A stretch of DNA of 63,805 nt, filler included, from Octopus bimaculoides (GCF_001194135.2; 4 parts of 4 records of this genome joined end to end with filler, not necessarily neighbours in it), one strand, 5' to 3'. Counted from the first letter of the whole stretch, positions 25,001-40,013 are shown. Made by a program: numbers and translations. Notes: generated by a model from the sequence alone, not told the origin.

Positions 25001-27351
25001 CTGATAACAGTGGCATAATCATTTGAACAAGTTTGGCGACTAAGAGACGTAAAAAATGTACTTTGAGAGTACGGAATACCAAGTATCTTGTGACGTTGCA
25101 CCTTATCTTTTTAATTAAGTTCCTGAAAATAAGAGTGACTGTTCTTATAAATTTTGCAGGCCCTCCCGGACTAATGATATCGATGCCGTTGATATTTAGC
25201 GTGACCATTTACCGGTCAATGCTCATACGGAAAGAGAAGGTGCAGGGTGAATTCAATCAGGTTTCAGTCTTGCCGAAGAAATACTGGATGAACTATTAAG
25301 AACGGGATTTAAGAGTAAAAAGGCAAAAAGGATGGAAAGAAGAGTGAAACTGGATATATCGGATATGATTTATAGGACATTTTTTATGAGAGTGGGCCAC
25401 TGGAAAGTTCAGAATTACAGAGGCAGTTTTTGTAGCTTGAGAAAAAGTCGCGCATCTGTGGACATACAATTTCAGTTTGTTGAATTTCCTGGAGATGATT
25501 TCATTTGGAATACAGTAGGATGGCTGTATTTTTCCTTTTTCTTTTCCTTTTTTTTTTGTTTTTGTTTTTGTTTCTTCTGCAGTAACATCATTCTCTTTTA
25601 GATGGCAGTTGTGATCGAATGTGTACCTTATTTAAAACATATTTACAACTCTTCGCAATGAAGAAGCCTCTATGTCGTAGAAGAATCTGCCAGGAACAGC
25701 TGCCAAATCCTATTCAAATACACACTACTATCTTTAAAATAGAATAATACATCAAAGGCATAGCTAGATACAGTACGTCTGAAAAACGACGTTGTAGACA
25801 CGGTTGGAATGCTTTCAACCATAAGGCTGATTGATCAAGATTAACCTGGGGCTAACCAACGACATCAACATGTAACAGCTTTTCTGGGTGAAATACGATA
25901 TTAAAAAAGGTTCTGAGATCGTATTTTGGAAGGGCCTGCTGTGACACTTTTTTCCAGCGGCAACTTGATGTGTTCAGCTACCAGCCCAGGCTTTACTGCT
26001 AGTAAGGATAAGAAAAGAAGCAAACTGTCAAAGTATCGGTCGCTCTCTGACAGGTTTATGGTCGAGCTTCTGGCAGTAGAAACCTCCGGTGTTCTCGACC
26101 CCAAATCCATATCCCTGCTCACCACTACTGGGGCGGAGATGGCGCTGTCCGCAAGTGCGAGCCCCTTGTGTCAGAGTGGCTGTTCCAGCATATCTCTCTC
26201 ACAATCTTCCAGGGTTACATCTCCTCCATTTATTCTGCTAGAACCATGAGACGGGCTGAATTGCAGAGAATCGAGAGAATATAAGAATTTCGTAGCTTAC
26301 TTTTCCATTTTCATTTTCTTCTTTCCTTTCCGTTTTTGTTTCGTCTAATTATTATTATTTTATTTGTAAATATTACTGTTTCTCACTGGCTAATTATCTC
26401 GGACACTTGCCCTTTTTTACCTCCTCGCCGTAAGAAGAAAAAAAACTAAAGATAACAGAGTAAATAATTAAACAAAATAATTAATTGATGAAGTAAGAGG
26501 TCGAATGAAAACAGTGAATGTACTTACGAAGACATTTAGCGTCAACTCCTGGATTCCATTCCGGAAGAGAATTTTCAGATTTTATTTCACATTTATACGT
26601 ATCATGACCTTTAAAAAAATAAGACTTCTTGCATCCTGTTATCATCACCTTACTCCCTACAGTGTAGTTGAAATTGTCGATAAGGGCATTGTCTACATCA
26701 AGATGGCCACATGAATTTCCTGTGAGTTATAAGTAATAATAATCAAAATAAAAACAGTGATTTAAAAAAAAACCATCATCAATATACTGCGAAATAACAA
26801 ACGCAATAGCAAAAGTCAATTGTTTATTACACATTGATTAACTAGGTTTTTTATGGCTTAATCAAGGTAGCATTTATGAGATCAGGCTTTCAGAGATCGG
26901 CATGAAGACGTATTTCGTGAGACTTGAAGGCCTGACTAGAATATTTCCAACAGTGAGGGCCCACTAAACATCGACGTAACTGGTTCGTAATACATCGACT
27001 CCGAACGAATGAGAGGCAAAGGCAACCCAGGCGGCATTTGAACTCAGAACGTGAAGACGGACGAAATACCGCTAAGCATTTCACTCGGCGTGTTAACGAT
27101 TCTGCCAGTTCGCCGCCTTAATGAAAATAATAATAAAAATGGTTTCAAATTTTGCTACAAGGGCAGTAATTTTGGGGGAGGAGATGAGTCGATTACATAG
27201 ACCCTAGTGTTCAACTGGTACTTAATTTATCGACCCCGAAAGGATGAAAGCAAAGTCGATCCCGGCAGTATTTGAACTCAGAACGTGAAAACGGACGACA
27301 TGCCGCTAAGCATTTCTCTCGACGTGCTAACAATTCTACCAACTTGCCGCC

Positions 27352-27442
<91 letters not shown>

Positions 27443-28843
27443 CAAATTTTGGCAGAAGGCCAGCAATTTCGAAGGAGGAGTAAGTCGATTACCTCCACTT
27501 CAGTGGATGAAAGGAAAAGTCGACCTCGGCGTATTTGAACTGAGAAGGGGATGACAGACGAAATGCCGCTAGGCATTTTGCCCTGCGTGCTAACGATTCT
27601 GCCCGCTCGCCGCCTTTAATTTCGAATTTTGGCACAAGGCCAGCAATTTCGGGGTAGGGGTTGATTATATCGGCCCCAGTGTTCACCTGGCACTTATTTT
27701 ATCGACCTCGAAAGAGTGAACAGTAAAGTCGATCTCAGCAGCGTTTGAACACAGAACATAGAAACATACGAAATGTTCCTAAGCACTTTGTCCAGCGCGC
27801 TAACGATTCTGTCAGCTCACCGCTATAGCAACAACAATAACAACGACGATGACGACAATGATGATGATGATGATTTTTTTAACAGAAGCACAAGACATGA
27901 CATTATGTGGGAAGGAGTTAATCGATTACAACTATTGATAATTATTTTATTGACCCCGAAACTATATCAAACAAACTTAAACTCGATAATAACAACTAAA
28001 ATATACGTACGTGTTTTCTGGCTTTTTGTAAGGTATTCGTATAACCGGGCAATATTCTTACTGTTATGTGCCGTATTTCTATCTCCCGTAACAGCATAAT
28101 CGTATTTGCAAAATTCACTAAAACGTTCATGACCACATATAGCTTCTGCGTCAGTTGGATAGGTTACATTAGCCAAACTACCTCCTACAAATGATGTGTC
28201 ACGTGTCCTGAAATGTCTAAACAAGCTGTTGGTTCTGTCCAGAACGGCCCCTGGTGAAGAACAATAACAAACAAAATTATGAGAAATGACAGGAGAAATG
28301 CTACGAAGAAACATACTTGTAGACATACGGTCCATCGATCAAATGGGGTCAGTCATTATAACGAAAAAAGTTTGGTATCATTTATTCACCATTAGACGTG
28401 TTTCATTTCCTTATAGGAGTTACAAAATTGTACATGTAGGAGAAACAAGTAACTTATCTCCAACGGGTACAGTTTTATAACTCCTATCAGCAAATGAAAC
28501 ACGTGTAATGAGGAGTTAATAATACCAAAAGTTTTCCTTTTTTTTTTTTTTCCTTCTCCCGTTTTGATATGTAATTGCTCTACAAAAATATTTTCCAGTA
28601 TTTTTCACCTCTTATGCATACCTCACATAAATACAGCATATTTACATATGACTTTAGAGAACTGAAATAACCAGATGTGTTTCAAGAGGACACATGTTGG
28701 ATTGTACTGTATATATTAGACGATAAAGCATTATTGCAAGGCACTTTGGAGAAATACTTTTCTTCCGTATACTCGCAATGACCAACACCTTATGAGCGGA
28801 ATTGGATAGACGGAAACTGTATGGGAGATCATCGGTTGTACAC

Positions 28844-28889
<46 letters not shown>

Positions 28890-28891
28890 TG

Positions 28892-28923
<32 letters not shown>

Positions 28924-31191
28924 CATACAGAGAGTGAGCATGCTCATCTCATTGCATCTCAGTATTCACACTGCCATTAACATAATCTTTCCAGCGAAAC
29001 ATTCTCCCTTCATTGCATCTCAGCCTTCACATGTCCTCCACATTCAATGTTCGTGTTTTTTTTCTACTTTTCAATGCATATCAATGGATAAAATATAATA
29101 AGAAGATAGACAAACTTTAAACAAGCGTTACAACTTACAGTAAGTAATATTTTGTGGTTGATCATCTGTGGGTTTATCATTCCAGGATCCCAGCAACCCA
29201 TTAACTTTATTCTGAAGAATACAAAATATCACAATATTTAGTGAAAAAAAAAAAAGATCTGTAGTAATTCACTCCGTTATTTATAGCAAAGCCTAAGCAT
29301 GTCTTTATCTTCTGCAGACACATGCATACATTCTCATTCATATATTTTCATACGAAGTAATTAAAAATAAAAGCCTTCTATTACAGCTCAGCGACGTTGT
29401 CTATTTTGTGGAAGAATTTTAAGTTTTAAAAACTGAGGAGCATCTGCAAATGGAGAGACTGTGTCTTACATTAGCAACCACAAACGGGCACTTCTAAAAA
29501 AAGCTATCACATAATCAAACATTCATCTCCATTTTAACCAACGCGAGTAGGGACTCTACGATTCGCTCAAGTTGCTAGACATAATAGTCAATTCATCCAT
29601 TACAGATCACACGCTACAGTTTTTTAAAAAGATTACATTGGACAATACAGTGTTTGACATGCAAAACTACACAACGGCCATTGCGGATCTGCTAATTTGA
29701 GGATGACCTACATTCAACAACATGCATGCATGCCTATACGCATTTTTAATACCCCGCTTGCTTACGCATGTGCCTGGAATTAAAAGAAAATTGTTGAGGG
29801 AGATAATGTACTCGATTGTCAGTTTAAAGATTTTCTTAGCTCAAATCCTCATGCAGTATTCATTCGCCTAATTCAGAAAAGCATTAATATTTACAAGCTT
29901 CAGTTAACATACATGCCGGGTAAGCTGTGACATCTGAAAATGTCATCCATAATTTCCTGGTGTCTCATACAGAAGGAAATTAATCTTTCATTTACCTAAT
30001 GAAATTAAACTGGAGATAAACAGCAGTACTATCTGTGGAAATTACTACAGATGTCTTTAAACCCATGGACATACCACGTTAAAACCCTCATATACTGATG
30101 TAATGCAAAGTTTGTAGTAATATATCTGTGCGTTTGTGACTGTGCATGAGCGTATGTACATACATGCAACACACACACATACATACACACTAATACATAC
30201 ATGCATGTACGAAGAGGTGGTGAAAAGTTCTTAGCTTTGGGTAAAGAAAAACACAGGAGGATCAGTTAATTAATCTTATTTAACACATTCCCCTTTCAAA
30301 TCCACACACTTATTGTAGTGGTTTTTCAGTTTTCTTAGCCCTGTAAAAGCCAGGAAGTTGTCAGTACCCCGTCGCATACGTGCAACCACGTGTACACATA
30401 CATGTTTATCCACTTACGACCATCTTCATCAGGTTCACACTTGTACTATCCAGTTAGCCACAGCATTGTGTCAGAGGTGAGATTAAGACCAACCGCCACG
30501 GACACAGGTACGGTTGAATGGTAAAGAAGTTTCCCTTCGCAAATTTGTTGCGAAGGCAAACCTCTTCAGTTTCGATCCCTCTGCACAGCCTTGGGAGTGA
30601 AAATTGGTAGATAGAAACTATGAGAAAGCCCACCAGGAGGGTAGGTGCTTTGCTTAACCGGGAGATTAAACATGCTTTAATATCACAGCTGGTCATTAGG
30701 GACTTCTAGAAAAGTCCACTCCATTGCTAGCATTCACGCTAGGTGCCCGATCAAACGATAGCTTTGAAGCGTTTGTAGGAGGACATTTGGCAAACGCGAC
30801 CGGATCTGTAGAGCGCGAAGTGGATCCTACAGAACGATAATGCCCCTTGCTCTCTTGAGCTTCTCGCCAAAAACAACATGGCATTGCTTCCGCACTCACC
30901 CTATTCACCAGATTTAACACCTGCAGGCTTTCATCTCTCCCCCAAGATGAAAATGCAGCTCAAAAGTCACCGTTTTAACACTGCTGTCGAGATCCAGAGC
31001 GAATCGCAGAAGGTTCTCGACCCGCTTACCGAAAATGACTTCTAGGCCGGATTTCAAAAGTGGGCAGGAAAGCTGGGACCGGTGTATTGCTGCACAAGGT
31101 AACTATTTTGAAGGAGATGATGTTAAAACTTAGGTTAATGTGTCAGTTTTTATTAAACATAACACTTCCGGAAACCTTTTCACTCTACCTC

Positions 31192-31227
<36 letters not shown>

Positions 31228-32553
31228 ACTCATCTCCTCTCTTCATCTGACACCAACCCCACACGGATTCCCACACACTTCCCACATTCAACTGCCACCA
31301 TCCACCTACACATTTTGCATACCGCCTCCCTCAGTACCCTAACTACACACACACCACTATAAAACAGATACATGCTATTCAACTCATCACTCACTTCACA
31401 GATCATTACAGACACATACCCACAACACCTTTCCACTCCACACACACTAAAACCGCCCGCTTCTCAGCATCCATACCATACAACATTATCCACGCACTCA
31501 CACACAATGTTCAATAGCGACACCACATATATCATTATACGAGCAGCTACACATACTGTTTAACTCATTACACACACCACACACCATCATGCACACTCCC
31601 TCACCCACACAACCACATAATACCTGAACACAGACAATATACACATACACATACAACATGCATAAACACACGCATAGACAAAGTTAGCTTTCACCCACAA
31701 ACATACACTATACACATGTACACTATTTGGTCACAGACACACACACACATACACATGTGCACACACTACTTGGTAAAAGCATACATCAACTGGTAAACAC
31801 AACGCACACACAATTTACACACACATACACCTTATACACCCACACACACACACCTTACACACACATATATACACACGTTAGACTCACTCGCCCCCACTCA
31901 CACATACACACTGACAAACACAAACGCACGCGCACTTTAGTTCGTAGGGATCACCATTATTATCTCCCTTTCGTTCAACTTTTTTTGTCATCCCGCCATG
32001 TTGGACCGGTGAACTCTACACAGGTTTTCTCTCTCCGTTATTTTATTCTTATTGTTTTTCCTGTTCACTCCATTATTTCCTCTTATTCCTTTCTGTCGAA
32101 GAGTGTAGGCTCGAAACGTAAAAGACTTTTTCATTTTTCCCGAGCGTTAAACTTATATATCTGCTTTTTGTTCCTACACTTGTCTTCGTCATTCATATTT
32201 TTGTGTAAATTTGAACTATATATNNNNNNNNNNNNNNNNNNNNNNNNNNNNNNNNNNNNNNNNNNNNNNNNNNNNNNNNNNNNNNNNNNNNNNNNNNNNN
32301 NNNNNNNNNNNNNNNNNNNNNNNNNNNNNNNNNNNNNNNNNNNNNNNNNNNNNNNNNNNNNNNNNNNNNNNNNNNNNNNNNNNNNNNNNNNNNNNNNNNN
32401 NNNNNNNNNNNNNNNNNNNNNNNNNNNNNNNNNNNNNNNNNNNNNNNNNNNNNNNNNNNNNNNNNNNNNNNNNNNNNNNNNNNNNNNNNNNNNNNNNNNN
32501 NNNNNNNNNNNNNNNNNNNNNNNNNNNNNNNNNNNNNNNNNNNNNNNNNNNNN

Positions 32554-32612
<59 letters not shown>

Positions 32613-32899
32613 ATATATATTGTACAAATATAGTATTCTTTATATATATATATATATATGTGCGTGTGTGTGTGTGAGTTTAGTGTGTGTATGTATATTC
32701 ATGATATTTCATAAATATATACATATATCTGCATATATAAAAAGTGTGTGTGTGTACGTGTGTGTGTGTGCCCAAATATCTGTGATGTGATACAAGTGTG
32801 TGAACATGGAAGGAAACACGTAGATGTGATGCAAAGCAGAGCGTTCACTGTGGATGTGAAAGAGAGTGAGAGTGAGGGAGAGAGAGAGTGTGTGAGGGA

Positions 32900-32948
<49 letters not shown>

Positions 32949-34069
32949 GGTAATTATCTAATTAAATGAATACTGCATATTTACACAGACATCCAAGTGG
33001 ATACAAGCGATCATAAGATGGCGCGATGCGAGAACTGGAAATAAAATGGTGTATGTAACGTGGTTGAAGTGTTTTGACTGAAGATTTAATTATAGTTTTG
33101 CCTATAACAAAACAAGCTATAAAAAAGAAAATAAGCACAAACCAAAGAGTGAGCCTTAACGTGATGTTTCCATCTGAAAGAAATAGTATATTAAAGTTTC
33201 AGATCATAACTTACCGTCTTAAAATTCGTGAAACACTTATCAATATACAACTAGGTACATTAATTGTACATTAATTATAGTGAAGAAAAAAAAACATAGG
33301 ATGTTTATAGTTTTGATGATTTTGATTGTATATCTACCCAATCGAGTCTTGCCTTCGACTAGACAAATACAAACGCACACAGTTATATACGTACATATAC
33401 ACATACATTTATGTATACATACATACAAGCATATGTACATACATACATGCACGCACACACACATATATGTATATATGTATGTATATAGGGTGCTGAAAAG
33501 TTCCTATCTTTGGGTAAAGGAAAATACAGGAGGATCAGTTAATTATGATTTTATTCAGCATATTCCCCTCTCAGATTCATACACAAGTTGCAACAGTCCT
33601 TCAGTTTTTCTAAGCCTTGTAAAATAACTCGGAAGTTTGGGCCTCCAACCAAGCTTTTCGCGATACCCTTAACGCCAGAAACTTTTCAGCACCCCTTCGT
33701 ATATATTGTTTTGAGTATTTGATTTCTGATGGTGTCGTGTGACTTGTCTGTGACATGCGGTAAATCTTGCAGACTTTTAGACATGTCGGAGGCCATTAGA
33801 CTTCATGTCTGATCATAACTGATTTCTTTTATAACAAACCGAATTGTTGAACCAATAGAGAACCTCGCCTTAAATCACAGAAACGGTAAGTGAACTTGTG
33901 AAAGAAATAAACAGAATGAGTGATCATATAAAGTGAATGAATGAGAGAAAGAGGAGGGGAAAAGAAGAGGAGGAGAAAAGAAGAGGAGGAGAAAAGAAGA
34001 GGAGGAGAAAAGAAGAGGAGGAGAAAAGAAGAGGAGAAGAGTGTAATAAACAGAGAGAGAGAGAGAGTT

Positions 34070-34154
<85 letters not shown>

Positions 34155-35018
34155 AGAAATAATGATTATGATAGTTAAAGTCAGGCAAAGAAAGATGTAA
34201 ATGTATAGGTTAGACGAGAAAGACTAGACAAGAAGGCATTTTAAAATAGGGAAATTTTCAAATTGTTTGAAAGAGAGAAGTAGGTAATCAGAAGAATAAA
34301 TAAAGAGATACAAAGAGAGGTTTCAAAGATTCAAATAGCAAATGAATAGTTGGTAGAAGAGAGAGAGAAAGAGAAAGAGAGTGAGTGAGAGAAAGAGAGA
34401 GAATGAGAGAGAGAGTGAGAGAAAGAGAGAAAGAAATATTTATTCCTAATTGTCAAAGATAATAGGAAGAAAAAAATTTAACTCCTGCCTTGAGGCGTCA
34501 AGCGAACTTACAAAAGAATTGGTTCATTATACTAAAGCACACAAATATGTAATGTCACACGCATGTACACAAAGTTGCAATTAAAGACCCATGCACACAA
34601 ATACGCAATGACACATTCATGCACAAATATGCAATGACATTCAGACACACACGTAGGCAATTACAAACTAATGTACGCAAATGTGCAATGACATATTAAC
34701 TCAGTCGTATACTGCGTGTCCCTAAATTCAGTCACATCATTCACAACAAGCCTAGTTTCAGTACGTATATATACACGCTGTGTATATACATAATTATTCT
34801 CAAACTGAAGACAGGTTTTCATCCACACACACATATACTCACACACAAACACATACACACCCACATGCACGTACGTACGTACATACATACATATATGTAC
34901 AAACATACATATATGTACAAACATACATATATGTACAAACATACATATATGTACAAACATACATATATGTATGCCCATGTGTGTGTTTGTAGATGTATAA
35001 TTGTGTCTAGGTAGTTGG

Positions 35019-35097
<79 letters not shown>

Positions 35098-35098
35098 G

Positions 35099-35169
<71 letters not shown>

Positions 35170-35419
35170 GGCGGTGAGCTGGCAGAAACGTTAGCACGCC
35201 GAGTGAAGTGCTTAGCGGTATTTCGTCTGCCGCTACGTTCCGAGTTCAAATTCCGCCGATGTCGACTTTGCCTTTCATCATTTGGGGGTCGAATAAATAA
35301 GTACCAGTTACGCACTGGGGTCGATATAATCGACTTAATCCGTTTGTCTGTCCTTGTTTGTCCCCTCTGTGTGTAGCCCCTTGAGGGCAGTAAAGAAATA
35401 AGATAGATAGATAGATATA

Positions 35420-35458
<39 letters not shown>

Positions 35459-38246
35459 GCAGGCAGACAGATAGATAGATAATATTGTGTGTGTGAATGT
35501 GTATGTATATGTTTATGCGTGTGTGTGTGTGTGTTTGTATGTGTGTGTGTGTGTGTGTGCTAGTGCGTGTATGTAGAAGCGCATGGCTTAGTGGTTTTAG
35601 TGTCGAACTCTTGATCATGTGATTTTGATCCCTGTACAGGGCAATGCGTTGCGTTTTTGAGGAAAACACTTCAAATTGCTCCCGTTTGCTCAGCTGCCAA
35701 AAATGAATAATCCTGCGGCAACTCGGATAATATGGGAGATAATACGCCGGATAATATGGGAGACCGGCCCTGTGAGTCTTATATATAAGTATATGTGAAT
35801 CATTATTTTTATTTTTATTTTCATATAATTTAATGCAATGACTAGATAACAAAGTTGCTGGTATTTCAGTTATTTCATTACGATTGTTTCTTCAATCGAT
35901 AATCAATAATCAATAATTAGTATATATCATATCGATTGAGAGTTTAATGTAGCCGTAATAGTGAACATCAACCTCATTTAGTGAACATCAACCTCACCTA
36001 GCGCATCTACTTCTACACACACACGCACACACACACACACAAACACATAAACACAAACATACAAACACATACACACACACTCACACACATATATACATGC
36101 ATAGTGCCTGTCAACTCGTAGACGAGTATGACCATCACTGACAAATTATTTATCCTTGATGTTGCGTACTGTGGCTATGATCAATGCTTGTGCTGAAATT
36201 TGAAGTCAATGACAGCCTTGCACAACATCACTATGATTGATGTGACCAAACAAAGACTTAGGATCTCTCACTCTCAGCTGTCAGGATGACCGTTAACTCT
36301 ATTGAGTTCATCCACCCTTTGACATGTTTTCGTCCTGCGTGGTGTCCAAATAAAACTACATTCCTACCAAGCAGGATTAGTAGGGTTGCCGGTTTAGTAG
36401 CCGATAACCTAACTATGTTCTCAGTTACATGGTACCAGTGGCACTAAGTATGATCTGACATACATGATGGCTGTTCGACGCGTGACCGAAGAAGGCCATC
36501 ACTGACTCTAAGAATATTGTGCACTCAAGTAGCAATACTCATAGAAAATGATAGCAATGCCTGTGAAAAATTCTTGATCCAATAAATCTTGAACAACATC
36601 TTAAAAACCCTCTCCACCCTATGGCCGTGATCCAGAGACAAGCCGAGGCGATATATTTAATGCCAATATGGATTGCTGCGTCAAGCGTTTGTGACAGCAT
36701 TGATCTAAAGCGCAAAGAAAAGATCTCCAGAATGTCCAATGTTACTCCCGGCACATCCGGTTTTATGTCAAACTGACCCTTTCCTAGAGACATGCTTTAA
36801 CTAAAGCTTAGGGTTGCCTCAATCCTAATGGCCTTCTAGCAGACGGACACCAACCCGGAATTTCTGAGTGCCAGTACTTTGCAAGATAATCGTTGAACAT
36901 ATCATGGGTTCATCTGTCCTTTTGACATTCTTGGTTTTAATCTTGCTGCGTTTCTAGCAATCATCTTCACTAAGCTAGCCTGGTGGGTTGCCAGTTTAGT
37001 CACCGACAACCCGACCATGGAACAAGTTGTACTGGACTTCATTTCATCAGTAATACTCATGAAAGACCTCACAAGTGACCTGATTTGACATGCATACATA
37101 CATACATACATACATACACTGTACAATGAAATCCGCCGACAGGATAACCCCGGGGCTAAGGATATGAAAACCCATAATGAGGTAGAGGCCATTACCACTC
37201 ACAATATGAAAGAGTATTGGTGGAATGTCCCAATAAAAACCTCAATAAAGTGCAGACATAATAGACCGGATATAGTAATCTGGGACAGAGAAGAGAAACT
37301 CTGTACAGTAGTAGAAATCAGCTGTCCTGCGGATGTCAACATCCCACTAAAGATTAGAGAAAAAGAGAACAACTACGCCGAGCTACTGAGAAATTTACAG
37401 ATACTCCACCCAGACTACAAGTTCAGATTCATACCCGTGATTGTTGAGGCATTGGGATATGTAACGAACTGCCTCAACAAAAACCTNNNNNNNNNNGATA
37501 TGTAAAACTTTCCAAAAATTTAGCACATAAATACATATGCATGCATCTAGACATAAAAACGCATCCATAAAACGAACATACAAATCTGCGCATACACTAA
37601 CACCAAATACTGCACACACACACACACACATATGCACAAATACCTAGATGATGTTGATAAAAGTTCCAATGAAGGAGCCTTGAATCTATGTTAGAGTCCG
37701 GCTCTTTCTCTATGGACAAGAAATACAGAAATGAAACTGACTGATAACATACATACATACATACATACATACATACATACATACATACATACATACATAC
37801 ATACACTCACACATATTTATACTATATTTGGGAAATACACTTACTTTAAGGTTTGGCGGTGTGACTACAACCAATTGCATCATATCATATTTTACAGACA
37901 CTCGAACTCCAACGCCGGAACTGGTTAGAATAGTGAAATTGTCTTGTTTACCTTTGCGACTATTATCAATAATTGCTACGTCTGAAAACAATTGAAATTG
38001 AAAAATATTTGTAGTGGTGTAAAGACTTACAAAGCTGCAAAATAAAAAATTTTAAAAAAGTAAGAAAAGATTAATTATCAGTTATTATTAATGCAATACT
38101 TTGGGGAAATGTTAAAGATAATGCACTTTATATTTTTATGAAAATACTTTTATTGTTCTTGATTCATAATGCTTTTGCTATGACGGCCGTGGACTTTCGC
38201 TGAGTAAATCTTTCATCTATTAAGCCACCACCAACATCAACAATAA

Positions 38247-38291
<45 letters not shown>

Positions 38292-39946
38292 TATCATCAT
38301 CATCTTAGTGTTACCATTATTTTCGTCTTTTCCTTTATAATTATTATTGTTTTAGCCTTCAGTAAATGGTTGCTGTTGAGCAACAGTTAAGTCCCAACTT
38401 TTATTGAAAAGACAGTTTTCTGCACTAATGCATCGAAAACACCAGGGAATGTATGAATATCACCAGAATGTATTTCCCTTACCCAAAAAACCATGGTTTT
38501 GTATCTATATGAACATTCAGTTTGTTACGATACTCTCTTGGGGTTGTCCTCTTATAGGAGAGGTTGATAAGTACTCTAAAATTATATGCTTCAGGGACAG
38601 TAATTCGATATTTCAAGACTATAAAAGATCTGGGATATGGATACCACAGAACTTAAAGTTTTGGACAAGTTTCACAAAAGGAAACAGGTATAATCCTGAA
38701 GCTGCAGAAGTTATTCTAATCCATAATGAATTCTTTGGGTCTGTTTATACAAAGATTGTTTTTGCACCTCATGTCACCAACAACTGTTGTATGAAACATA
38801 GATCTTCGTGTTTTCAGTGAAGGACAATCAAGTTGTGTAACGTCTATAGCTTTGCGGAATTGCGTCTAATGTGAATTCGTGACTGTCTCGTAAGTAGAAA
38901 TCCCCGACACTTTAGCTGCACACACCAGCCATCACTAACAAGAGCTTCATCAGACATAGAATACTATAGTTTTAAAGGTAAAAAGTATTTAGCAACTTTA
39001 GTCAAGTAGTTATAACCGAGAATTGAAAGTGGGCTTCGTGGTAGCTTCCTTCATAGGGTGGTCATTTTTACGGTAATGCATACAACTACTGTCTTCAATT
39101 TAATAAGTACACTACATTAAATTGATGTTGCATGTTGGCACTCCGTCACTTACGACGTCGAGGGTTCCAGTTGATCCGATCAACGGAACAGCCTGCTCGT
39201 GAAATTAACGTGCAAGTGGCTGAGCACTCCACAGACACGTGTACCCTTCTCGGGGAGATTCAGCGTGACACAGTGTGACAAGGCTGACTCTTTGAAATAC
39301 AGGTACAACAGAAACAGGAAGAAAGAGTGAGAGAAAGTTGTGGTGAAAGAGTACAGCAGGGTTCGCCACCATCCCCTGCCGGAGCCTCGTGGGGCTTTAG
39401 GTGTTTTCGCTCAATAAACACTCACAACGCCCGGTCTGGGAATCGAAACCGCGATCCTATGATTGCGAGTCCGCTGCCCTAACCACTATACAGTAAATAT
39501 ACACAGTCGCGTGAAACTGTAGATTAATTAAAACATACGATATCACATGCAATGACATCACATGTAAGTTATCATGTAAGAAGCTACATGAGAAAGATTC
39601 TGTTTAAGAAACACACAAGTATTTTCACACGAAAGAGTAAATCGATGCAGATGTCTATATGTCACATCAAGAATGCCACAGTTAATGAGCATTAGAATAT
39701 TCTTTTACTTTTATTTTATTCTTTTAGTTAATTCAGTCATTTGATTGCGGCCTTGGTGGAGCATCGCCTTAAACGGTTTTTTTAGTCGAAGAAATCGGCC
39801 CCAGGACTTATTCTTTGTAAGCCTAGTACTTATTCTATCTCCTTTTGCCGAACCCACCGCTAATTTACAGGGACGTAAACACACCAACATCAGTTGTCAA
39901 GCGATGGAGGGGGGACAAACACAGACACAAAGACACACTCACATAA

Positions 39947-40013
<67 letters not shown>

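Noticed and set aside
30420-30440. CTGATGA on the minus strand as another hammerhead core (also 4645 and 43025 on plus)
   Set aside because: No GAAA after a helix II and no helix I/III complementarity.
30417-30570. GTAAGT donor and Cys-containing frame on the minus strand as a possible extra exon
   Set aside because: There is an in-frame stop, no good acceptor, and exons B and C already join in phase without it. The region is flanked by mariner and SINE debris.
32990-33216. Minus-strand acceptor at about 33174 followed by a hydrophobic frame ([18 protein letters not shown]...), with a 41-nt GT-AG pair
   Set aside because: It does not fit the phase-0 position between exons B and C, and there is no good downstream donor. 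Likely chance in AT-rich DNA.
38404-38820. 138-aa plus-strand ORF
   Set aside because: No recognisable motif, weak splice support, and it is antisense within an intron. Compatible with a chance ORF.
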